Shown here: piece after piece, positions 36,845-45,348 of the stretch
How the letters are laid out: every line of letters starts with the position of its first letter
Position numbering within the stretch: position 1 is the first letter of the stretch
The notes under the pieces: model-generated
Seen by the model: the letters and a program-made list of their open reading frames with translations, nothing else
What the model was told of the DNA's origin: nothing
The model's database searches: none
Program-made: the position numbers and the translations under genes
Source: Gemmatimonas sp.
Lineage (GTDB): Bacteria > Gemmatimonadota > Gemmatimonadetes > Gemmatimonadales > Gemmatimonadaceae
Assembly: GCA_031414535.1 (NCBI GenBank)
Contig: JANNVQ010000010.1
Coordinates: forward strand, 18,749-82,748
DNA length: 64,000 nucleotides
Direction of reading: 5' to 3'

Positions 36845-38203
36845 ATGACTATGATGAAGACAACTGGACGGAAGACGGATGACGGAAGCGAAAAGCGTAC
36901 GGCAGCCGCGGTGAAGAAGGGCCGCGCGCCTTCCAAGGCTTCAGGCAAGGCTGCAGGCAAGGCTGCAGAGACGAAAGCCGAAGCAGAGATTTCGCTCTTG
37001 CCGCCGCCGTCAGCGAAGGTCGTGCTCGACGGCGATTCGCGCACGCTCGCCGAGCAGGAAGCGGCGACGGTAGACATCACCTTTGCCGACTTGGGTTTGA
37101 GCGAGCGGATGCTCGCCTCGCTGGTGCAAAGCGGCTACACGCGCCCCACGCCCATTCAACAGCAGGCCGTGCCGCTGGCACTCAAGGGCCGCGACCTGAT
37201 GGGTCTCGCGCAGACGGGAACGGGTAAGACCGCCGCGTTCACGATTCCGATCATTGAGCGCTTGATGGACGGGCCCAAGCGCACGCGTGCGCTGGTGCTC
37301 ACGCCCACGCGCGAGCTGTGTCAGCAGGTCGAGGCCGCGGTGCGGAAGTACGGTGTCGGGACTGGGCTTGAGGTCGTCTCGGTGTACGGCGGCGTGGGCT
37401 ATGATCAGCAGGTAGAAGCGCTGCGTGGTGGCGTAGACGTGATTGTCGCGACGCCGGGCCGCCTCATTGACCACCTCGAGAAGCAGAACGTGGTGTTCGA
37501 CGACCTCGAGGTGCTCGTACTCGACGAAGCGGACCGCATGCTCGACATGGGCTTTGCGCCCCAGATCAACAAGATCGTCGCGCAGATTCACCCCTACCGC
37601 CAGACGCTGCTCTTCTCGGCGACGATGCCACCCGAAGTGGAAGCGCTCGCCCGCAAGTATTTGCGCAAGCCGGTGGTGGTGCAGGTGGGACGTCGCTCAC
37701 AGGCGGCCGCATCGGTGCGGCACTTCGTGTATCCGGTGCCAGGAGCGAAAAAGACCGCCTTGCTGACGCATCTCCTCGGCGAACTCGGCGTCAACGATTC
37801 GATTCTCGTGTTCACGCGCACCAAGCACGGCGCGGACCGCGTGGTGAGTCATCTGGAAGACAACGGCATCAAGGCCGACGCGCTACACGCAGACAAGAGT
37901 CAGGGTCAGCGCGAGCAGGCACTGGCCAAGTTCAAGGATGGCAAAACGCGTGTACTTGTGGCGACGGACATCGCGCAGCGTGGCTTGGACATCTCGGGCA
38001 TCACGCACGTGGTGAACTACGATGTGCCGCAGCAAGCCGAAGACTACGTGCACCGGATTGGCCGCACGGGACGCGCCGCGAAGGAAGGCGACGCGTTCAC
38101 GTTTATGAGTACGGAAGAGATTGGGATGGTGAGAACTATTGAACGAGTGATCGGCCAAGAGATTCCCCGGATTTCTGTGGTTGGATACGACTTCGGCACT
38201 TGA
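36845..38203 (+). CDS. DEAD-box RNA helicase (RhlE-like)
   Basis: Q motif, AQTGTGKT, PTREL, TPGR, DEAD, SAT, HRIGRTGR. Confidence 0.95.
   Translation: MTMMKTTGRKTDDGSEKRTAAAVKKGRAPSKASGKAAGKAAETKAEAEISLLPPPSAKVVLDGDSRTLAEQEAATVDITFADLGLSERMLASLVQSGYTRPTPIQQQAVPLALKGRDLMGLAQTGTGKTAAFTIPIIERLMDGPKRTRALVLTPTRELCQQVEAAVRKYGVGTGLEVVSVYGGVGYDQQVEALRGGVDVIVATPGRLIDHLEKQNVVFDDLEVLVLDEADRMLDMGFAPQINKIVAQIHPYRQTLLFSATMPPEVEALARKYLRKPVVVQVGRRSQAAASVRHFVYPVPGAKKTALLTHLLGELGVNDSILVFTRTKHGADRVVSHLEDNGIKADALHADKSQGQREQALAKFKDGKTRVLVATDIAQRGLDISGITHVVNYDVPQQAEDYVHRIGRTGRAAKEGDAFTFMSTEEIGMVRTIERVIGQEIPRISVVGYDFGT
36866..36889. repeat. GACGGAW-heptamer half copy in the helicase N-terminus
   Basis: GGACGGAAGACGGATGACGGAAGC encodes GRKTDDGS. 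Confidence 0.85.
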
Positions 38204-38208
38204 GTTTT

Positions 38209-38261
38209 GGACGGATGACGGATGACGGAAGCTTTTGGCATCCGTCTTCCGTCATCCGTCC
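38209..38261. repeat. GACGGAW-heptamer palindromic element, full copy
   Basis: 24-nt arms and 5-nt loop between convergent genes. Confidence 0.93.
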
Positions 38262-38265
38262 TGTT

Positions 38266-38691
38266 TCAATAGCTGACTCGTGCTCGCCCGAGTCTCGACA
38301 CCACCACCGTCTCAGCGCGCGCTCCAATGCTCACCACAATTGTCGAGTTTGCGACTCCGAATCCGAGTCCGTTCGCCCCGAAGGTGACGGTGTCGCGGGT
38401 GGCGAACAGCTGCACGTAGTGCATGCGGCGCAGTTCGCGCTTCATGAGGGTGTCGCCGCCGGACTCCACGCGGATGCTGCCGGCGGGGCGGTCCACCACC
38501 AAGCGTGCGGACTCACCGCGGCGGATGGCGGCGGCTCGGGTGATGGCCACGGCGCCGCTGACTTCGTGGGCGGCCTGACGGATGCGGATACCGTCGAGGA
38601 TGTACTTCGCGCGCGGCAGGGCGAGCCCGGCCGTGACGGCAACGAAGGTGCAGACCAGAATCAGCTCGAGGAGGGTCACGCCACGGCGCAT
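38266..38691 (-). CDS. Type IV pilin / GspH-FimT family pseudopilin
   Basis: RRG|VTLLEL prepilin cleavage motif followed by a hydrophobic helix. Confidence 0.85.
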   Translation of the reverse strand: MRRGVTLLELILVCTFVAVTAGLALPRAKYILDGIRIRQAAHEVSGAVAITRAAAIRRGESARLVVDRPAGSIRVESGGDTLMKRELRRMHYVQLFATRDTVTFGANGLGFGVANSTIVVSIGARAETVVVSRLGRARVSY

Positions 38692-38773
38692 AGGGAAGGG
38701 AGGATGCGTAGATTCGACGCGTGGGGCGGCATCGCCCCCTTGCCGTCGTCACCCGAATACTCCGGAGCCCCCC

Positions 38774-39022
38774 GTGCCGAGACTTGCTTCTGTGTCCCTT
38801 GGACTCGCCGCCGTCGTAGCGCTCGGGGGTTGCTATCAGGACCCTGAGGAGCGCATCGCGCAGCAACAACTGGTCCAGGACATGACCGACGCCGTCAATC
38901 AGTTGGGCATGCAGGTATCCGAACTGCAGGTGACGGTGGACTCGATGCGAGCCATTGTCGCCAAGCAAGACACGGCGATTTACAGAATGGCGAACGTGAC
39001 TGGGGTGCCGTATCAGCGATAA
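38774..39022 (+). CDS. Small coiled-coil lipoprotein
   Basis: GGAG before GTG; LGGC lipobox. Confidence 0.7.
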   Translation: MPRLASVSLGLAAVVALGGCYQDPEERIAQQQLVQDMTDAVNQLGMQVSELQVTVDSMRAIVAKQDTAIYRMANVTGVPYQR

Positions 39023-39033
39023 GCCACACGACG

Positions 39034-39079
39034 GGACGGATGACGGAAGACGGATGCTCACAGCAAACCAGCTTCCGTC
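39034..39079. repeat. GACGGAW-heptamer element, left arm plus partial right arm
   Basis: GGACGGATGACGGAAGACGGATGC ... GCTTCCGTC. Confidence 0.8.
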
Positions 39080-39311
39080 GGTCCGGCACATTGACGTCGC
39101 GTTCTGCGTGGCATGTAACTACCAGCCGCGTGCGGTGGCACTGGCCGATACGTTGCGGCGGGTATTCCCCGAGGCGACCATCACGCTGACACCAACGGGC
39201 GGCGGCGCATTTGAAGTCACCGCTGATGGCACTCTAATTTTCTCGAAGAATGATCTTGGCCGGCACGCCCAGCCCGGCGAAGTCCTCTCTCGGCTCAATT
39301 CCATCCGCTAA
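39054..39311 (+). CDS. Rdx (SelT/SelW/SelH-like) redoxin, Cys form
   Basis: FCVACNY.PRA, GGGAFEV, IFSK. Confidence 0.8.
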   Translation: MLTANQLPSVRHIDVAFCVACNYQPRAVALADTLRRVFPEATITLTPTGGGAFEVTADGTLIFSKNDLGRHAQPGEVLSRLNSIR

Positions 39312-39324
39312 CACCGCTGCATAT

Positions 39325-39348
39325 GCATCCGTCATCCGTCATCCGTCC
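39325..39348. repeat. GACGGAW-heptamer half copy 3 nt before the pfkA start
   Basis: GCATCCGTCATCCGTCATCCGTCC. Confidence 0.9.
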
Positions 39349-39351
39349 TCT

Positions 39352-40434
39352 ATGAGAATCGCAATTTCCACCGGCGGCGGCGACGCTCCCGGCCTCAACG
39401 CCGTTATTCGCGCAGCCACCCTCTCGGCGCTCGACCGCGGCTGGTCCGTCCTCGGCATCAAGCGCGGCTACTTCGGCCTGCTCGGCGAGGATGATGTCAT
39501 TCCGCTTACGCGCGATACAGTGCGCGGCATTGCGCACCTCGGTGGGACCATTCTTCGGACGACGAACCGTGGAAATCCGTTCTCGTTTCCGGTGCAGAAT
39601 GCGGATGGCTCGTGGCGCGAAGTGGATCGCTCGGATGATCTGATTGCCAACGCGCGCAACTTGGGGATCGAGGCCATTATCTCCATCGGCGGCGACGGAT
39701 CGCTGGCGATTGCGCAGAAGCTGGTAGACAAGGGCATGCGCATTGTGGGCGTGCCGAAGACCATTGATAACGACGTTGCCGGCACGGTCACGACATTCGG
39801 TTTTGACACGGCGGTGCAAACGGCCATCGAGGCAATCGATAAGCTGCAGACCACTGCCGAGTCGCACGATCGCGTGCTGGTGCTCGAGGTGATGGGGCGC
39901 GAGGCGGGGTTTATCGCGCTACACGCGGGCCTAGCAGGGATGGCCAACGTCGTGCTGATCCCGGAGATCGCCTGGAAGCTCGACCACGTCTGTGAGCACA
40001 TCATGGCGCGGCACAATCGCGGTCGGCGATTCGCGATTGTCGTGGTGGCTGAGGGTGCCAAGGATGAGCATGGCGAGGTGTCCATCATCGGCGAGTCCAT
40101 GCCGGGCCAAGCGCAGCGGGTGGGCGGTATTGCGCACCATCTGGCGGGCGCCATCCAGGCCAAGACTGGCAAGGAATGCCGCTCGATGGTGCTGGGGCAT
40201 CTGCAGCGGGGTGGCATGCCCACGGGGTATGACCGTTTGTTGGCCACGCGGTTTGGCGGAGCCGCCGCGCAGGCGGTGGCAGACCAGAAGTGGGGTCACA
40301 TGGTGGCCCTGCAGACCCCGCACATCGTGACCGTGCCCATTAGTGAGGCGCTCAAGGGGCCCAAGCGCGTGGATCCCTCGCACGACGTTGTGCAGACGGC
40401 CCGTCGGGCGGGGATTAGCTTCGGGGACCGGTAA
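39352..40434 (+). CDS. pfkA: 6-phosphofructokinase (PfkA family)
   Basis: TGGGDAPGLN, GGDGS, PKTIDND, EVMGR, LGHLQRGG. Confidence 0.93.
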   Translation: MRIAISTGGGDAPGLNAVIRAATLSALDRGWSVLGIKRGYFGLLGEDDVIPLTRDTVRGIAHLGGTILRTTNRGNPFSFPVQNADGSWREVDRSDDLIANARNLGIEAIISIGGDGSLAIAQKLVDKGMRIVGVPKTIDNDVAGTVTTFGFDTAVQTAIEAIDKLQTTAESHDRVLVLEVMGREAGFIALHAGLAGMANVVLIPEIAWKLDHVCEHIMARHNRGRRFAIVVVAEGAKDEHGEVSIIGESMPGQAQRVGGIAHHLAGAIQAKTGKECRSMVLGHLQRGGMPTGYDRLLATRFGGAAAQAVADQKWGHMVALQTPHIVTVPISEALKGPKRVDPSHDVVQTARRAGISFGDR

Positions 40435-40507
40435 TCGCTCTTTTGGGGGACCGAAATCCCTCTAAAAGGGTAGAAATCCGAGCCAGTCCCGCGATATTGA
40501 GAGCGTC

Positions 40508-41026
40508 ATGCGCCGTCTTGTTTTTTTTGCCGCCTTCGCGGCCTTCCCGGTATTTGCCGGGGCACAGAACACGCGGGCCGACCAAGAGAGGATCTCTGAG
40601 TCGGTTCCGGTGAACATGTTGCCCCCTGCTGGGAAGTGCCGCATTTGGATGGTTGGCGTGGCTCCCGAGCAGCAACCAGCGCCAACGGATTGCCAGACGG
40701 CGCTGCGTCAACGCCCCACGAATGGCGTGGTGGTATTTGGGCCAGTGGAGCGCGAGTCCGGAGCGAGCGGGTTCCGGGGCCGTCCGACGGTGGAGCGGGC
40801 ACTGCGTGAGACGCCGCGTGAAACATCGCGTGAGACGCCACGTGAGACGCCACGTGAGCCCGCAGCCGCGCCCGCGCGCGCTGACACTCGAGCGCCGAGC
40901 ACCGAGACGCGCCCCGCGTCGCCAGCGCAGCCGCCGAGCGGCACGCGCCGCCCGACGGAAGATCCCGTGAAGAAGCCGCCGGCTGCTTCGCCGCCGGCGG
41001 TGATGTCCTGGGAGCTCACGTCGTAG
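40508..41026 (+). CDS. Secreted hypothetical protein with Pro/Arg-rich RETP-repeat tail
   Basis: Signal peptide; LPPAGKCRIW..QQPAPTDC domain. Confidence 0.7.
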   Translation: MRRLVFFAAFAAFPVFAGAQNTRADQERISESVPVNMLPPAGKCRIWMVGVAPEQQPAPTDCQTALRQRPTNGVVVFGPVERESGASGFRGRPTVERALRETPRETSRETPRETPREPAAAPARADTRAPSTETRPASPAQPPSGTRRPTEDPVKKPPAASPPAVMSWELTS

Positions 41027-43740
41027 GCGAGCCGACACCGCAGCGCCCGGTCCGCGACGCGTATCTCCCGCCGGACCGCGAGGCGTTTCTCCGCGCCGGT
41101 GGTCCGCGCGGCCGTATCATCATCATTGCACCCACTCGCGCCGCCTGCGAGACCATCGAGCTGGCGTTCGGCCTCGACATCGAGACGGTGTTGTGGAAGT
41201 CTCGTGGCGAGGAGCTAAGCCGCATCGCGCTCGAGTTACGAGAGAGTGAGGAGCGCCCGCGTCGCGGCTTTGGCATCGTGGCGGGCACGGGCACGGGCAA
41301 GACGCTTTCCGTGAAGCCGCTGGCCAAGCTGCTGCTTGATACTGAGGAGTTGCGCGTCGGCGTGGTGAATCGTGAGCGCGAGGCCACGCCCGAGACGCCC
41401 ACGTGGAACATCGTGATCGTGACCACGGGTATTGCGCGGCGCTGGTTCCAGGACGGAGATATCCGCGCGCACGACACGCTGGTGGTGGACGAGATTCATC
41501 AAACGAGTGCGGAGCTCGAGCTCTGTCTCTCGCTGGGTAAGCGCGCGGGCTGCCGCTTTGTGTGGTTGAGCGCGACGGTGGATCCCTCGTTCTACAAGCG
41601 CTACCTGAATGCGGCGGCGGTAGTGGAATCGAGTGCCTTTGACCCACAGCGCGCTGCCAAGGTGGAGGTGGAGCGCAAGAAGCCGACGAGTTTCCTCGAC
41701 GACAAGTTCATTCAGCGCGCCATCAAGGAGCGTCGTGGCATTGGGATGTTCTTGCCGACGCGCGCGGCGGTTGAGGAAGTCGCGTCAGATGTGGGCGCGC
41801 GCTACCCACGCATGCAGGTGGCGTTTTATCACGGTGGTGAGCCGATCCGTGTGATTCGCCCCTTCCTTGAGGGCGAAGTCGAGAAGCCTTTCCTGCTGGC
41901 GATGACGGCGGCAGGGCAGAGCGCGCTCAACGTGCAGGGTCTCGATACCGTGGTGATTGACGACACGCGCTTCGCGAACGTGGTGGAGCAGGGGCGCAAC
42001 GTGCTGACGCGACTGCATCTTGGCGCCAACGAGATTCTGCAGATGGCGGGGCGCGTGCACGGTCGCGTGGCGGGTGGCCGTGTGTTCATCCTCAGTGACC
42101 GCGACATTCAGTTCGACAAGTTGCGCCCCACGGCGCCGGAATTTCAGCTCGCTGGCGATTCGGAGCGCGTGGCACTCACCTGCGCGGCGCTGGGCGTGCG
42201 CGCGGATGAGCTCGACCTTCCGGTGCCGCTCGACAAGCTGAGTTACAAGAATTCGCTGGCCTTTCTTGAGAGCCGCGGGATTATCGAGAATGGACGGTTG
42301 ACGGAGTACGGCAAGGCCGTTGAGGCGATGCCGGTTGACCGCTCCTGGGCCGAGCTGTTGGTGCATTGCTCGGATACGCTGCTGCCGTACGTGGCGGTGA
42401 TGGCGAGCGTGGAATCGCTCCATCGCATGACGCGCGAGGATCGTGACCTTGGTGGGCTAATCGTGCCGGGTTCGGATCACCTGACCACGTACAACGTGTA
42501 CGCCGAGGCTTTCACCAAGTGCGGCTACTTGGGTGATGTGTACGGCCTGCCGCGGCACATGTTTGACGAGAGCATTGAGACGTGGGCCGAAGGGCGTGGC
42601 GTGTTGGTGAAGTCGGTAGAGGATGCGGCCTTGGCGATGGCGAGCATTTATCGCTCCTGTGGCTTGCCGCTGCCCACCACAATGCCGCGCACGTCGTCGG
42701 ATTTGGAGAAGCAGTGGATTGACCTGCTCGCCAAGATCATGCCGTTCTCGTTGGTGATTGACGAGGTCACGGCGAGTGGTGATGAGGCGCGCGTGTCCAA
42801 GACGAGCGTGTGCGGGAGTTGGGGCCCGATTGCCGGTAGCCTGCGCTACTTCGCGGACAAGTTCGGCGTGGCGCGCGCGGGCATCGAGGGGACGCAGTTG
42901 CCTCGTGATTTGATTCGCTCGTACGCTATCGGCCACGAGGCGAAGTTGGTGTACGATGTGTCGCAGCGTGAGCGGCCGTTGGCATTGGAGCGGCGGCTCA
43001 CATACTTCGGCTTCGAGTTGGAGCGCGAGCGCGATGCGGTGCAGGAATTCCCACCGGGCCAAGAAGACGAGGCGCGGCGCGTGATTGCTGAGGCCATGGC
43101 GCGCGGTGAGGCGCGTCATCCTGCGGTGCCGCGCAACCAACCGTTGGTAGCCGAAGTTCGCGAAGCCTGGCGGCGCAGTGGCGGCACGCTGCCGCGGCTG
43201 GGTCAGGCGGAGTTGACGGCGTGGTACGCGAAGGAATTGGCGGGCGCGAAGTCGCTCGCGGAGTTCCGCGCGGCGCCACTCAAGTTCAATCCCAGTGAGT
43301 TCGTGCCGGCCACGGAGCGTTTGCGGCTCATGAACCTGCCGTCCTTCGTGCACATCCGTGAGCGCGAAGTGCCGCTGCATTATGAGATTGAAGAAACGCC
43401 CGAGGGTCCGCGTGGCGTGGTGCGCTTGCACCTGCAGGAGAAGTTGGCGCGCACTCTGGTGCAGGAAGAGCTACCGAAGCTGGATCGCCCGCTGCGCTTT
43501 GCGATTGGGCGCGGCGCGCGCGGCACGGTGAAGGCCGACACGCTCGAAGACGCGCAGGAAGAGTTGAATCGGCCTTGGATGCGTGAAGAGGCGGAGCGCC
43601 GGCCGGCTCGTCGCGGCGAGCGTGATGGCCGCGAGGGCCGCGAGGGCCGCGATGGGCGTGGCGGTCGCGACGGGCGGGATTCGCGCGATAATCGTGGAGC
43701 GCGTCCGCCGTATCCGCGCGGTGGGAAGCGTCGGAAGTAG
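41023..43740 (+). CDS. SF2 DExH-box helicase (HrpA/HrpB-like); true start unresolved, upstream of 41188
   Basis: GTGTGKT, DEIH, SAT, QMAGR; protein-like sequence IIIIAPTRAACE continues upstream of the first GTG. Confidence 0.75.
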   Translation, partial: VGEPTPQRPVRDAYLPPDREAFLRAGGPRGRIIIIAPTRAACETIELAFGLDIETVLWKSRGEELSRIALELRESEERPRRGFGIVAGTGTGKTLSVKPLAKLLLDTEELRVGVVNREREATPETPTWNIVIVTTGIARRWFQDGDIRAHDTLVVDEIHQTSAELELCLSLGKRAGCRFVWLSATVDPSFYKRYLNAAAVVESSAFDPQRAAKVEVERKKPTSFLDDKFIQRAIKERRGIGMFLPTRAAVEEVASDVGARYPRMQVAFYHGGEPIRVIRPFLEGEVEKPFLLAMTAAGQSALNVQGLDTVVIDDTRFANVVEQGRNVLTRLHLGANEILQMAGRVHGRVAGGRVFILSDRDIQFDKLRPTAPEFQLAGDSERVALTCAALGVRADELDLPVPLDKLSYKNSLAFLESRGIIENGRLTEYGKAVEAMPVDRSWAELLVHCSDTLLPYVAVMASVESLHRMTREDRDLGGLIVPGSDHLTTYNVYAEAFTKCGYLGDVYGLPRHMFDESIETWAEGRGVLVKSVEDAALAMASIYRSCGLPLPTTMPRTSSDLEKQWIDLLAKIMPFSLVIDEVTASGDEARVSKTSVCGSWGPIAGSLRYFADKFGVARAGIEGTQLPRDLIRSYAIGHEAKLVYDVSQRERPLALERRLTYFGFELERERDAVQEFPPGQEDEARRVIAEAMARGEARHPAVPRNQPLVAEVREAWRRSGGTLPRLGQAELTAWYAKELAGAKSLAEFRAAPLKFNPSEFVPATERLRLMNLPSFVHIREREVPLHYEIEETPEGPRGVVRLHLQEKLARTLVQEELPKLDRPLRFAIGRGARGTVKADTLEDAQEELNRPWMREEAERRPARRGERDGREGREGRDGRGGRDGRDSRDNRGARPPYPRGGKRRK

Positions 43741-43759
43741 ACCCCCAAGACGACGGCTG

Positions 43760-43882
43760 CACCACGAAGGCACGAAGGGCTCCCAGGAGTATCTGTCATT
43801 GCCGCGCCCCCCAAAGTTCGCAGAACTTTAGGGGGCGCTTGGATTCACAGGCTCGCTCCGAACCCTTCGTGCCTTCGTGGTG
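43760..43882. repeat. Nested inverted-repeat element (octamer arms + inner hairpin)
   Basis: Perfect 20-bp IR CACCACGAAGGCACGAAGGG; inner 16-bp stem at 43804-43838. Confidence 0.85.
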
Positions 43883-43892
43883 AAATCCGTAT

Positions 43893-44027
43893 TTAGTACT
43901 AACGGGGCTAATTTAGCCGCTTTGGACTGACGAGTCCTAATCGTTGTCTAGGTTGTAAGTTGTTTATTAACAACAACTTAACAACCAATATTCACGGGTG
44001 CATTGTTATTAGGACTTAGGGTCCTAA
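43893..44027. promoter_or_regulatory. Candidate TetR operators (TTAGGAC-N5/6-GTCCTAA) and an IHF-like dyad
   Basis: Boxes at 44009-44027, 43921-43940 and 43893-43911; TAAGTTGTT-N7-AACAACTTA at 43956-43980. Confidence 0.55.
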
Positions 44028-44037
44028 GTTTCTCCCC

Positions 44038-44631
44038 GTGACCCAAAAGCGAATGCAAATCCTCGATGCCGCAGCGGAGTTGATCTCCGAGAAGGGCTTC
44101 GTGCAGACGTCAGTTGATGACGTCATTTCACGGGCTGGACTGAGCGGCAAGTCACACTTCTACCACTACTTCAAGTCCAAGGAATCGCTTGGGCATGAGG
44201 TACTCGCGCGCCAGTTCGACGTGTTGGCGGACCGCGGCCTCGCCATCCTGCGCGAGCCGACGCTCGATCCCCTTGAGCGCCTCAACGTGTTCATTGATTC
44301 GGTTGTCGCACTCCAAGCTGAGCGTGGAGGGCGCAGCGCCTCTCCGTTTGGGGCGCTCGCCACGGAGATGGCCGCGATGGACGAAGGATTCCGAGTCCGC
44401 ATCGCGCGGGTGTTCCGCTCGTGGACCGAGGAAATCGCCAGCGTGCTTGAGCAGGTGCGGGACCGCCTCGAGGACGATGCTGATCCGTTGCGCCTGGCGC
44501 GCTTCGTGGTCGCGACGCTCGAAGGCGCTACGACAATGGCTCGAATGAAGAGAGATGTGAGTCTGATGCACGGCGTGGCCATGGACCTCAAGCGTTTTGT
44601 GGCCGGCCACGTGAAGCGCAGCGCAGTCTAA
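44038..44631 (+). CDS. TetR/AcrR family regulator
   Basis: ILDAA..GF..TSVDDV..GLS..FYHYFKSKE HTH. Confidence 0.93.
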   Translation: MTQKRMQILDAAAELISEKGFVQTSVDDVISRAGLSGKSHFYHYFKSKESLGHEVLARQFDVLADRGLAILREPTLDPLERLNVFIDSVVALQAERGGRSASPFGALATEMAAMDEGFRVRIARVFRSWTEEIASVLEQVRDRLEDDADPLRLARFVVATLEGATTMARMKRDVSLMHGVAMDLKRFVAGHVKRSAV

Positions 44632-44675
44632 ACAGCACGCACACCGTAGCACACGCAGCAGTTCCGGGAGGAACG

Positions 44676-45287
44676 ATGGCTTCAATGGCGGCTGGATTCG
44701 GAATGTTTGGAGTGGACAATCGCGCGGGCGAGCGCGAGGTCTCGGAAAGCCGTGCGCGCTTCGATGCGGAAGCACTCGCGCAGCTGGATGCGCTTTACTC
44801 CTTTGCGCTTAAACTGACCCGCGGCCGCGACGAGGCCGAGGATCTCGTGTCCGACACGTTGCTCCGCGCCTTCCAGCGCTGGGAGCAGTACCGGCTCGGC
44901 ACCAACATCCGCGCCTGGTTGTTCACGATCCTTTATCACGCCTTCGTCAGCCGCAAGCGCCGCATTGATGCGCGCGAAGTGCAGCCGCTCGAGGACGAAG
45001 AGGGCCGTGAGATCTTCGAGGCCGTGGGCGACATCAATCCGGAAGGGACGTTCTACGATTCCTTTGTTGACCAGGAAATCGTCGATGCAATTCAGAACCT
45101 GCCCGAGGAGTATCGCGCGGCAGTGGTGATGAGCGACCTGCACGGACTGCGCTACGGGGAGATTGCTCAGGTGCTCGGCGTGCCGGAAGGGACAATCAAG
45201 AGCCGGCTGTTCCGTGGGCGGCGGTTGTTGCAGGCGCAGTTGCGTGGGTATGCGGAAGAGATGGGATACATCAAGAGAGCGTCCTGA
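44676..45287 (+). CDS. ECF sigma-70 factor
   Basis: EAEDLVSDTLLRA, WLFTIL, YGEIAQVLGVPEGTIKSRLFRGR. Confidence 0.92.
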   Translation: MASMAAGFGMFGVDNRAGEREVSESRARFDAEALAQLDALYSFALKLTRGRDEAEDLVSDTLLRAFQRWEQYRLGTNIRAWLFTILYHAFVSRKRRIDAREVQPLEDEEGREIFEAVGDINPEGTFYDSFVDQEIVDAIQNLPEEYRAAVVMSDLHGLRYGEIAQVLGVPEGTIKSRLFRGRRLLQAQLRGYAEEMGYIKRAS

Positions 45288-45295
45288 AAGCTTTT

Positions 45296-45348
45296 GGACG
45301 GATGACGGATGCTACTGCACATCCATCATCCGTCTTCCGTCTTCCGTC
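45296..45348. repeat. GACGGAW-heptamer element overlapping the stop of the CGNR gene
   Basis: GGACGGATGACGGATGCTACTGCAC ... CATCCGTCTTCCGTCTTCCGTC. Confidence 0.88.

Noticed and set aside
39054..39311. Selenoprotein (CxxU) Rdx
   Set aside because: Codons are TGC-GTG-GCA-TGT (CxxC); no in-frame TGA.
44633..44660. Degenerate CAGCACG-like period-7 tract
   Set aside because: Too short and degenerate, with no inverted partner.
1850..45348. GACGGAT repeats as a CRISPR array
   Set aside because: Copies are dispersed and inverted, not direct repeats with regular unique spacers; no cas genes seen.
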